DNA from: Polymyxa betae A26-41
Lineage: Eukaryota; Protista; Endomyxa: Phytomyxea
Direction: 5' to 3'
Assembly (NCBI GenBank): GCA_003693705.1
Contig: RBZT01000563.1
Coordinates: 124,001-188,000 of the forward strand
DNA length: 64,000 nt
The notes beneath the pieces were generated by a model that saw only the letters and a list, made by a program, of their open reading frames with translations, was not told the DNA's origin and made no database searches. Each line of letters opens with the position of its first letter. The stretch's first letter is position 1. The translations under genes were made by a program, and so were the position numbers. Positions 37,120 through 48,532 of the stretch are shown here, one piece after another.

Positions 37120-38366
37120 ATGTCGGAGCGCCTGGTCGTCGTCCTCGTCGTCCTGTTGGCCGTGGCCATCTCGCAGGCGGCCGGTCGCCGGATTGCATTA
37201 CGACGGAACGTGCAGGCGGCGCAGAATCGGCTGGCGTATGTTCGGGCGGCCCGTGAACATCATCGGCAGCTCAGCGGGAATCGAACTGATGATGATGATA
37301 TCGACATTGGTCTGGTGGATTCCATCATTCACGAGTTCCTGGCCGAGGTTCAAGTAGGTGATCCAGGCCAGGTCGTTCACGTTGTATTCGATACAGGATC
37401 GAGCGAGATCTGGATGTCATCTAGTTTATGTGATGACAATACATGCTTGCTGGAAGATCACAGATTTGATCCGAACCTATCCAGCACCTATGTTGGTAGT
37501 GATCGGAGAGAATCCTGTGTCTATGGATCTGGTGAGGTCGAGGGCCTGATCGGATATGATCAGATCCAGATCGCATCAGGCGTTGTGGTCGAACGTCAAT
37601 CTATGGGTCTCATAGAAGCACAAGACGGGTCCGTCTTTGAAGGTTTGTGCAGCGTTGATCGTCCTTGGTTTGCTTATTGAGTTCATGAAATCTAGCGGGT
37701 GTTCTGGATGGGATTGTTGGCATGTCATTGAAAGGTCTTTCATCATTCCAGGATGACGACGACTTTCAGGAGAATTTACCTCTCATTTACAACATGCGAG
37801 CTCAGGGCCTCCTGCCCCGGGGCCAGTTCGCCTTCTATTTCTCTCGTGATGAGACCCGCCGCCCCAGCGAGCTAGTATTTGGTGCTATGGATCCGGAACT
37901 GTACACCGGCTCGATGCGCTGGGTTGACGTCGTCGGTCAAGGGTTCTGGGCCGTCCCCATCACCAAGCTCACCATCGGTGGCATCGACGTTCGCGATTGC
38001 AACGAGGACAACCCGTGCTATGGCATCCTGGATTCGGGATCCACGGCGTTCACCGGACCTACCTTCGTCTTGGAGCAGATGGCGATGTCGTTCGAGTCTG
38101 GCACCAGAATCACTGATTTACCCAGGGTGACGTTCACGATCGGCGGAGTCGATTACATCATCGAAGGCGAAGAGTACGTCATTTGTGAAGGCGTAGAATG
38201 CTGCCCGGGCTGGACCGCCATGGACTTCCCGGATGTCAACGCCTTCATTCTTGGAGATCTGTTCCTGGCCAAATACTTCACCATCTTTGACCTGGATCGT
38301 CATCGGGTCGGATTGGCCCCTGTCGCACCGCTCGTTGGTGGCAAACGACCTGGGAATCTGTATTGA
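37120..38366 (+). CDS. Secreted pepsin-like aspartic protease (A1)
   Basis: Signal peptide, VVFDTGSSEIW, YGSG, DGIVGM, FAFYF, GILDSGST and FILGDLFLAKYFTIFD..RVGLA. One intron at ~37643-37695. Confidence 0.93.
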
Positions 38367-38675
38367 AATCGGCGCCTTCCCTAAGAATGTGAAGAACTGC
38401 TTTAACAATTTCAAGCAGCTTCTGTAAATATACGCCATCAAATATCACTCCATTCCGGTCGAGAAAATGATCGAATTTGTGGTTGTTTAATTCTCGAATC
38501 CTGCTCTATTATTTCGAGTCAATGAAATTTCGGTCTTAGACCGGGAATTCGGCGCCAACAAGATAGTCCTGCTACTTAAGGGCATTTTTTGATCGCCAAC
38601 AGGGTGCCACAATGAGATAAGCGGATTCGATTCGCGGAAATTGAATGATTATTAGGGACGAGAGAGAGATTCGGC

Positions 38676-40376
38676 TCATTTCGGGGCCGCCATAAATACC
38701 GAATACCTTTCAACATTTCGATACGATTGAATATGCTTGGGAGAAAGCAGGGCCGTTTCTGCAGCAATTCCAAGTAGGATTAAGCGTAGCGCCAGTTTAG
38801 ATGCAAACAAGATCGCGAAACAAAGAACGCTGACGATAATCACGAAACCGGTTTGGCCTCGGACCGCGCCGACGGCCAACCATAAGGAGTATATGACGCC
38901 ACGCAGCAGTACGACTGCGATTGGGATCGAGACGAACCCGATTCTTCGGGAAATGAAATGAGATGCGTCGGAGACGGCGCGTAGGGCTTTATCTGACCCG
39001 ATATCGTTATATAGAACGTCCCGAAACTCGTTGAACAAATCAGTGTCGAAAGAGTTAAACTTGACAATACAGCCATGCTTGATCCAATCAACCACAAATT
39101 CCATGAACAGTAGAATCGCGAAACGCTGCGATGCTTGCTGAAGCCAATCGGCGGCGGCCGCAACCCCACCGAGGTTCGACAAATTCACGACCAGGATGAC
39201 GACAGCGAACAGAACCAAATGGAAACGTTCAACAATATCACTGGTGGCAATCTGGAAGACTTGCTCCTTCGTATATTTCTTAAATACACTCGATTTCAGT
39301 TCGATGAAGTTGTTGGATGATAGTAGCGAGACCAGCGCCGAGGTGTTCGAGTTCATGGCCACGTTCAAGCAGACAACCTGCAGATACAGAACCAGCGTGT
39401 GTACGACCGTGTAGCCGGATGCCACCACAAAATCCAGTACGGTGTAGCGGGATAGCAGACGCGCCTGCGCATTGGCGTATAAGGCGTCGAGAATATCCTC
39501 ACCGAATGAGCAGCAGAGTTTATCGAAGACGGTGAGAATATTGAAGAGGACGTAAAGCTTAAAAAAGTTCTGCCCTCGAATCAGGTGATAGATCGATGAG
39601 AAGGTGATATTCAGCAACGAGAGAAGCACACAGCAGCTGACAATCAGTAGAGCCCGAACGACGTCTTTAGGCGACCATTTAGTCGCCGGCCACAGAAAGC
39701 CCAACACCAACCGCAGCGGCAATAATGTAAATATGTACAAGAATTCTTCAAGACACACCAAGAAACCAACCAGCCTGCAGAATCGGTCAGCTCATTAAAA
39801 CAGCAAAATCGAATTATACAATAAAGGACAGCGAAATTAAAGAAGCGAAAATCAGAACAGAGGAAGATGAATTAAAAGGAATCGGGAAAAACGAAAACAG
39901 GAAGAAAATAACCAAATATAAAGAGCCGAGGATTAGAAACGCATTTACAGGAGTCGCTCAAGGCGAAACGGAATTCGAGCAAATCGGTTCAAGTTAGATA
40001 TTGATGTTGATAGCAGATTAATATCACTCGTGCTGAATTGCAGTGACAGATAACGCCAGAATGATATCGAACCAATCTCAGCCAAGCGCGTTGGCGACAT
40101 GCTACGACTCCTGGAACCACTCGCTTCGGTGCTGGATGAAGATCGGCTGGAAAGAATGCTCGATTCAGACGGCAATGGTCTCAGAGGCAGAAACAAGCTT
40201 CTGGACTCCGGAGAGCGATGCCGGCGACCTGAAACCGAGAGCGACCGCAGCGTCGCCGGAACCGAGAGCGGCGCGCGCCGAGTCGGTGCCGGCGACATTG
40301 CCGCGATCATGCACGTTCGGTCGACGAGCTCCTGGATAACGGATTGAACGATGACATGGTCGACATCGTCATCCAT
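38676..40376 (-). CDS. TAPT1/Emp65-like (DUF747) ER membrane protein
   Basis: IPFRLERL, FLYIFTLLPLR, IYHLIRGQNFFKLYVLFNIL..DKLCCSFGEDILD, SNNFIELKSSVFKK, SDIVERF, VDWIKH..KFN and SRRIGFVSIP. One ~170-nt intron. Confidence 0.92.
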
Positions 40377-40993
40377 ATTAGACAATGAAGGGACAAGGCA
40401 ATAGACGTCTGTTTATGTCTGGGAAGTAAGGGGGGAGGGGTTACCTTTTGTAAGAGCCATCCATATCCCATATGTTAATGTTACGCTAATGTTGGAGTCA
40501 TCAAGCTTTAATTCATTTCTCTTAGGATAGAGAGAGACAGATGTGAAAGAAGGCAGTCATACAGGCAAATTGATGGAAGGCCAATTGTCAGGCGGAGCGT
40601 CCGGAGCTGTCGGTCCAAAAATACGTGTACCCAACAATTTATTATTGTGTGGATTCCAGTTGGCCATTTTGGCAATCCACGATGCGGACCTGGTTTACTG
40701 CCGATACTGGGCGCCTCGAATGGTAATAATGTTATGTTGATATTACAACAAGGTTGAAAGAGAGGATAAAGCGGAATCGGTATTTGTTAGCGATTCTGCT
40801 CAGGTTTGTTTGATTAAGAACCGGGAGGCTTGGTGGTCGAAATCTTTTAAGGCCGCAATTACTCGCATGCTACTCGAAAGGTTATTTTACCAATTCGAGA
40901 TGATTTTATATATCTCAGACGTGCTGGCAATAAAACTGATTAAGTGGGAAATTCAGCAGTCCTGTTTTCTGCCACTGTGAGTCCCGAAAAACA

Positions 40994-41049
40994 GTGCGCA
41001 GAAAAGCAGTCGAGTTTCTGCAAAACTGCGCACGTAACGCAGTTTTTTT
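40994..41049 (+). other. Two overlapping, mutually exclusive hairpins followed by a T-run
   Basis: GTGCGCAG-AAAA-GCAG-n8-CTGC-AAAA-CTGCGCAC (40994-41033) and AAAACTGCG-n7-CGCAGTTTT (41022-41046). Function unknown. Confidence 0.4.
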
Positions 41050-41138
41050 ATTGCCGGTCAGCAATTTTAAACAAAGCAATCATTCGCTTACCGTATAGGC
41101 TTGCTTGAGTTTTACTTGCGATCTGGTCAACTCCCAGC

Positions 41139-43264
41139 ATGGTAAACTGCTGCCAGTTTTGGACCTGCCCTGATACTGGCACCGCCGCCATTATCACCAG
41201 GTTGGTTCCGTCACTGGTTGCGTACTGGCCCATGCATTGACTTGTATGGATAGATGGAACAAATACGACTCGATTGCTCAAGTTCGTCGCTTTGGCTATC
41301 GTCAGTTAGTATGGGCTTTAACCAGTTTACTTTCTATAGGCAGGCTGTACGCCCCTGTTACCCTGCTGTGGCCATTCCGTTGCCGGTCTCGTTAATCTTC
41401 GTATTCAGGAAATTCGGCACAAGATCGAAGCCAAAGTCGGTTTACTCTCGACTTTTATTTTCGATCAGTTTTTCTTATGAAACGGTTCATTTTTTAATTC
41501 CACCGCTGTACTGACTATGCTGACTGTTCAGACAAAAGGTAAACAATGATGAATCCATTTCTTCGAAGCTGACAACGTTTGCCTTTTTTGTTCAATTCGA
41601 TGCGTTGCTGATCGTTATCCATGCTAGACAACGTAGGGAATACTGCCCCGTGCGTGTCTGACCCCGTTAAGTTGTTGTTCTGCAGGTCTTCATTCTGGTG
41701 CATTTCTCGATCCAATACCGAGTCATTCCGGAACGTGTCTCGGAGGCCTTCTATCGTCTCACCAACGTCCAGGTACGAATGTCTCTGAAGCTCTTTTCGA
41801 TCGTCGCTTACTGACCTGGTTCGCATTTAGGGCCAGATGGAGTCCTTCATATTCGATGTAAGAAGCGAATCTGTTCCTGATTTATTCGGAATTAATGTTT
41901 GCCATTTTCTATAGACGGTCAGAGCCCAGGTTCCAATGATTGTACGTCTGCTATTGAGTTCTTGTATTCGTTAACATTGCGCTGAACGTGATCTTGTAGC
42001 CATTCGATCAGGTCTTTCTGCAGAAAGAGGTCGGTCTTTCTCTCTGACTTTACTATCGTTTTTCTCAAATTTGGCGGTTTGCCGATTTCCCATTCTTTTA
42101 CCTTGTTCGTTTTATTTGAGTTCTTCGAATCCAACGTTTCCGTTTCTTTCGGTTGTCACCGATTACTGGATTCGAACTGACGATCTCATTGTTTAACAGG
42201 AGATCAGCAAACACATCAAAGAAGGTTTTGTTTCTCGTTATCATCATGATCATTGCCCGTCTTAACGTCATAATTGTCAGAGCTATCCGAGGCCATGGAA
42301 TCGTTCGGATACGAGATCATCAACTCGTAATGTGTCAGTGGTCATGCATGACTCGGCGCTGATCGTACATCTAGACTGATCACCGATATCGAACCGAGCA
42401 CCGACTTGAAAAACGCCATGAACGAGATCGTTCGTCAGGAGCGCCTGAAAATGGGTCGGTTGTTGCGGACACGTACCGGCCCCCCCGGTCATACTGACTC
42501 GTACGTCTGCCAGCTGCCGAATACCAGGGCGAAACGCAGCGTATCATTGATGTGAAAACCGCCGAGGCCGAAGGTGAAAAGATTCGTATTCAGGTGCGGT
42601 GCAGTTAATGGATGTTTGCGGCTCGCTGAATCCGGTGCGGATGATAGGCGGCGGCCGATGCTGAAGCCAAGTACTTGAATGGGCAGGGTATCGCCAGGCA
42701 GCGTGCTGCCATCATCACAGGTTCGTCCAATTTGCGAATATCGTCCTTTGCAGTTCTTATGCGAAAGCATTTTCAATTTTGTGTGTTTTGGGTCTTCGCT
42801 TGTATTGTTTCAGGTATGTTATCCACTTATCCTGGTCGCGGTTTGATTAGATTTTTTCAAAACGGTTTTTGTCGCTGTTAGGGTTTCACTATGAGATTTC
42901 TATTAGTAACTGAGTCGAACAAAAGGTATGCGAGACGACGTCCGAAACTTCTCCAATGCCGTCGGCAACGTTGGCACGAAAGATGTTCTACACCTGATCA
43001 TCCTAACCCGTACTGTTCCATCTCGTGCTCGAATCTCCTATTTTGATTTGTTGTGAATCCCGCAGAATACCTGGATACATTGCGAGATGTCGCTGCCAAA
43101 TCGAACGCCAATGCCGTGTTCGTCCCGCAAAGCGCCACGACACCGACTGTCGCTGATGGTGTAGGTTACCGTTGTGATCACCCATTGAATATTTGGTTAA
43201 CGATGTGAGACAGGTCCGAGATGGTTTCCTGCAGGCATCTTTATCGCAAGGACGAGGGCTTTAA
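41139..43264 (+). CDS. SPFH/band-7 protein, HIR (hypersensitive-induced response)-like; 17 exons
   Basis: Manual splicing gives MVNCCQFWTC..AGCTPLLPCCGHSVAGLVNLRIQE..EAKTKDNVFILVHFSIQYRV..AFYRLTN..FIFDTVRAQVP..FGYEIINSLITDIEP..KNAMNEI..DAEAKYLNGQGIARQRAAIITG..KDVLHLIILTQYLDTLRDV..VRDGFLQ. All intron phases are consistent with GT-AG. Confidence 0.92.
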
Positions 43265-43559
43265 AAGAATCGTCCGTTTTCCTGCTGATTTCCATTGTAA
43301 TATGAGAGATCGACTTTTTTAAAGTTATTTCTGTGCTGATTGTAGCCGTCCATTATCATCTGTCTGCTTTGCCGTCAATTGCTGTGTACCGATTATGGGT
43401 CACCAGACTTCACGTCATCAGAATTCACATTCTTAGTTTTTAGTTGGTAGAACGTTTTCGGCTGTACTTGGTAAATTCGTTTAGCCTGCATGTACATGCA
43501 TGTTTGTCATCTAGGTAGTATAGAATATTTAATGATTCTTTTGGGCCAAAGATGGAATT

Positions 43560-44446
43560 GTTCGCCGCGCTGTTTCTTCTCTCGGTGGACAGGTCGTCAA
43601 CGAAATCGTTAGAATCCTCTTAGCTTTCCTTGCTGTCAGCATCTTGAGTTTTCAAGCGATCTATTGTTGATAAGCCTGGAGTGAACACGATATTTGCCAC
43701 CGTCAACGCACCCAACGTTTTCTACAGGTTATGTTGTTTTCAACAATTAGGGAAAATACCAATAGAAATCGCAATAAAAAACAATCATTCTTAGCGCCAT
43801 AATCATAATATCGCCTTGATCTGTGAAGCTTTCTCTGAGAATGATGTTGATTAGAGCACAAAGGATTGGTACTTTGATATTATTTTGTCTTCAATAAGAG
43901 ATAAGTGAATCCATACAGATCCGATTATGGCGGTTCCAGTTATCGATATAACAGTGCCCAGATGATCGATTAAACAGGTAGCTACAAGAAACGATGATCT
44001 TATCTGTTACTAACGATGAAGTTTAGTTGTTGGAGCATCCTCAGCAAGAATCAATGGGAGGGAATCTGATTAGAAATTACAGAGAGAAATACACCAGATA
44101 GTATACCAGGTCCAGAGCGATATCATGCTGCCTTTGAGCCAGATATTCGTCATCCATCATCATTGAACGAATCGATTTCCAAAGAGTTTCCGTGTTCGGA
44201 TGGCTTATCGTTGCCATCTTCCCTCCATTTATTGCTGACAAATTCGCCGATATTCTCGAGCCTGATTTCTGAAGAACCTTGATGGCAGATAGCAGCTGCA
44301 TTCGCCCAAATGTATGCGAAATGGGACCAACAGCTTGATTTTCTTAGCAATGAATGCTTGGAAATCAACCCGGAGGAAATCCCCAGTCATACACTCTGGC
44401 GATGCATAACCTGCTTTACCGCCGAATAAGATCCCAAATCTCCCAT
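43560..44446 (-). CDS. Hypothetical multi-exon protein
   Basis: ORF 44077..44301 plus further minus-strand open segments flanked by GT/AG. No recognised domain. Ends approximate. Confidence 0.35.
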
Positions 44447-44599
44447 GTCAAGCCATGATGATATTGTTGGACATGTTGTGTCAGAACACTATAAGAGACA
44501 GATCTCTCTATCTGTAATCAGCTGAATTGATTAATAGACGAATAGTTGCGCTTATGTAAGTCATTATTATTACTATAGAGAGAGTATATAGTGGTGATT

Positions 44600-46347
44600 A
44601 TGACCGCCATTGATTTAGACGTCTTCCTTGATGCTATCCATGATTTCAGCTCCCTACCTCTCATAGCTATAGAGCAGCATCCAGACAAGGTCGAGGAGTT
44701 CCTGCAACGTATTGGTGGGATATCGGTCTGCCGCAGGCCCAGCCCGTGTCTAAAACCCTAACCTCGGCCAGGTCTTACTCGGGGCTCTCGCCGCCCCGAT
44801 CGACGACGATATCGTTCGTGATGATATCGCTCGCTGCTTCCGCTTGGTCCTGGCCTCTCCTTCTGGTCGTCTCGCCCTAACATCATATCCATCCATCTCA
44901 CAAGCACTATTAACCGGGCTACACCATCAGGACGAATTCGTCCGCCAGATCGCCGCCGAACAATTGCTGGGCCTGTACGTTCAGGACGGGATTCGCGATC
45001 GGCTGCGGGCCGTACTGGCCGCCGACGACGTGTTCGGCGGCGTTGTGGAGTCGCTGGCGGACCCGTCGACTTCGGTGGCCGAGAATATCGCCAATCTGTT
45101 GGTGGAGATTGGCGATACGAAGAGGTTCTTTGGCGATACGTTACGATCACGTATCAAGAGCGTCGCGGAATCCGATGCCACCGTACTGATCCGCGTCCTG
45201 ACCCTGGCCGCCCGAATGGGGAATCTGTCCGAGCAGGGATTCCGCGAATTTCAGGAGAGCGGCGTACTGGCCGATGCCATGGCCAGGCTGATGGATGGTG
45301 GTGATGATCCACTGCTACAAATGTCGCTGTTTGCTGTTGTGGCGGAGATAGCGAGATCCAGGTCAGGGCTGCAATATCTGATAGAGGTCAGCCCTAAGGC
45401 GCTGGAAACCCTAAACCCTAGTCTGACCCTGGCCCAGGTTCCTCTTGGCTCTTTACTACGCCGATTCTCTCCCGGTTCTGTCGATGTATTCGTGACAAGT
45501 TCCGCTCTGAACATATTGGACTCTATTGTTGATCAGTCCATTAAGTTCGATATGATCAGATGGATTCATGACACCGATCTACGTGCATTCCTAACAGCCG
45601 CTATAGAGAGCCGAGACGAGGCCGTACTGGAGCCCGGTATTGCGGCCACCGCTGCGATCGGCAAATGCTACGCGGGCCTATGCGAATTCACGCAGGACCA
45701 GCACGACCTGCTGTTCCATCTGCCGCGGATCGCGATGCGCCCGGCTCTGTCGACGAACGCACTGATCATCGCCGTGCTACATGGGTTGGCGACCGTGTTC
45801 GCGGCCCGGTACGACCGCCCGGAACAGGCCCGCGCGGACGCGCTGCGTGCCGCCATTATCCGCGGTACGCTCGCTGATGATCGAGCTGAGGGCGTCGAAC
45901 ATGCTCTGCGATTTATGACGAAGATCAAGAAGTGGTGCAACAATATCGAAAATGGCAATTTGAAATTTGTTCGGTTTTGAGGGTTTCTCTTTATATTTGT
46001 ATTGTAGATCTTCGTGTAGCATCGTACCGGTTCCTATCAGAATTTGGTCGATCACGGTTTGGCCTCGAAGCGATCATATCGGCCCCGGGCCTGATCGAGA
46101 CCCTGCTGGATCAGCATCGCGAACACGAATCGAAAGCGAACCTATGGCGGTTTTCGGTCGTGCAAGCCCTGTCGACGAATCCCTCGCTGGAAGACCTGGC
46201 TTCGGGGACGCCGGGCCTGGCCAGCCATATCCGCCAGCATGTCCACGAGGTCTACCATCCTGCTCTACTCCATTCGTTGTTTATTTCTGATTGGTTTTAT
46301 AGGGCCCGTATCATAAAGGTACCAGTACAGACGTTGCTGTATTATAA
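44600..46347 (+). CDS. PSMD5: 26S proteasome assembly chaperone S5b/PSMD5-like (HEAT/ARM repeats)
   Basis: GLHHQDEFVRQIA, LADPSTSVAENIANLL, DATVLIRVL, DDPLLQM, IISAPGLIETLLD..EHESKANLWRF and C-terminal HEGPYH. ATG at 44600, stop at 46345-46347. Confidence 0.78.
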
Positions 46348-46623
46348 AACATTTTGGGGACTTAATAAGTCGTTCCCAAACTGGAATTCGCTGAAACTAT
46401 TTTTGATCTCGAATCCCATAATTATCAAAAACGACACAGAAATAAACTTAAGCGAAATCGTGGGCGAACGCGCCCCGGCGATGCGTTTGACCGGCTGGCT
46501 GCCTGACGCCGTAGGACAGTACGACACCTGAGGCAAGTGCGTTCGCCGTGCCGTGTGTCAGGGGCCGGCACGGCCCCCCAACGACTGCGCCAGACGACGA
46601 CGGCCGCTGGGCGTCCCTTCATC

Positions 46624-48488
46624 ATGGTGATCTGGTCGAAGCTGATCCCTCGATTCGGGACGGAAGCCCGGCGCCGTACCCATACCCGGCAGCGATGGCG
46701 TATGGCGATCCCGGCCGTCGCTGGACATTTATGTATCGGCTCGCCCTATGCATGGAGCCTAATAGCAGATCCAATGACCCGCGAACTTGGCATTGTGGCA
46801 TCTGCTGCGGCTGATTGGGGATTGCCGGCAACAGCCGGGGTCATGTCGGTCACGTTCGCTGTGCAGGGGATCACATCGGCCCTCGTCGGGAACTGGCAGA
46901 ATCGGGTCGGGCCGACGATCGCGGTCGGGACGGCGGCCTTATCGTTCGGTAGCGGGCTCATGTATGCTGATCATCGTGTGAAAATTCTGTTTACTTTTTT
47001 TATAAATTTTCTATCAGGTTGGCGGGTTATGGTCTATCCCAGCATAATCTTGCATTAGTATATGCTGGTTATGGAGTTCTAGGTGGAATTGGTGTTGGTC
47101 TAGCATACACACCACCATTACAAGTCCTGTAAGTTCACCATCTTTTTTTGTAGTATTTTTTTTCAACTTGTTGTGTTCAGAATGGAATATTTTCCTGATA
47201 AGAAGGCGATGGCGTCGGGTGTGACCGTGGCTGGATTCGGTAGCGGTGCACTTCTGTTCGCCCCAGTCGCCAACAAGCTCATGGAATACTTCCGTCGATC
47301 GCCCGAATATCTTGGCCTGGCCGATGTGAACGTCGTCCCTCAAGAAGGACGCCTGTTCGCCGACGTCTCGGGCAAGCTTGTCGAGGTCGTGATGGCGTCC
47401 GGGTCGACCTTCTTCGAGGATGGCTATTACGTAATCGGAACCGGATCCACCGGTATCGCCGAAACGCTCGGCGTGCTTGGCGCCGCCTATCTCGCGGCAA
47501 TGCTGGCCGCCGCCTGGGGACTTCGTAAAGCTCCTGCCGTCGCCGAGAAACCCATCGACGACAATGCCCCTGCCAGCCTGGGCGCTAAAGGCAACGTTCA
47601 TTCGAGTGTGATCATGAAGACGCCTCAATTCTGGAATCTCTGCTTGACGTTCTTCTGTGTCACAAGCGGCGGTTTAGCCTTGCTCAGTGTCGCCAAACCG
47701 CTCATGCTGCAGACGTTCGCCTCGACGATCCCGGAGCTGGTGACGCCCAGCGTCGGGTCCGGGTTCGTGGTGGCGTTGGCTGCCGGGAATCTGTCCGGGC
47801 GCCTAGCCTGGCCGCTGATCGCTCAACAAATCGGCTTCAAGAACACGGTCAATATCATGACGGCGGCGGCAGGCGGTCTGTTCGTCGGCATGCCGACTTT
47901 GATCAATTCAGTGGCGTCGTCGCATGCGACCTTGCCATTCTACGGTTTCGTCGGATCATCAGTGGCAATCGTCTCGATTATGGGAGGAATGTACGCCCTC
48001 ATGCCTGCCTACGAGAGCTACAAATTCGGGCCCAAATACGTCGGCTCTAATCATGGTCAGCGAGTTTCGATTTTGTTTTGCACAATGTTTGAGATATTGC
48101 AGGTCGAATGCTTCTGGGATCGACGGCGTCATCTGTTGCTGGTCCCGTCCTGCTTCTATCGCTGCGCGAGCAAAGCGTCCATGATTCATTCAAAGATCTG
48201 CTGGCCAAGGTCGACCCGGCTATGTTCGAGCATCGATTCGGGATTCCATTGTCGGAGGCTACCGAAGCGATTGTCACGGGAAGGATCACTTTAAAGAATC
48301 TATCGCCGCTCATTCCCGATCTTGTGGATCCATCCATATTTGTGTATAATTCGACATTGTATTCGATGAGTGCCTTGATGGTATTTGCTTATGCGATGCA
48401 CGCTCGTGTGAAACCAGTCGATTCCAAGTTCTTTGAGACACCCGAAGAAGCTGCCGCTAGAGGTGTGCATTCCGGCGGCGGTCATTAA
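46624..48488 (+). CDS. MFS transporter, oxalate:formate antiporter (OFA/YhjX)-like
   Basis: HLCIGSPYAWS, YGVLGGIGVGLAYTPP, YFPDKKAMASGVTVAGFGSGALLF, MKTPQFW, GNLSGRLAW and PAYESYKFGPKYVGSNHGR. Confidence 0.88.
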
Positions 48489-48532
48489 ACCGTTGACGGC
48501 GCTCATAAATTATCCGAATCAATTGTTATTTA

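Noticed and set aside
41048-42776. Minus-strand ORFs 41048..41281, 41515..41826, 41919..42134, 42283..42492 and 42489..42776 as genes
   Set aside because: They are antisense to the exons and introns of the HIR-like gene and show no recognisable motifs.
44758-48337. Long antisense and alternate-frame ORFs over PSMD5 and the MFS gene
   Set aside because: Expected by-product of GC-rich codon usage; no motifs.
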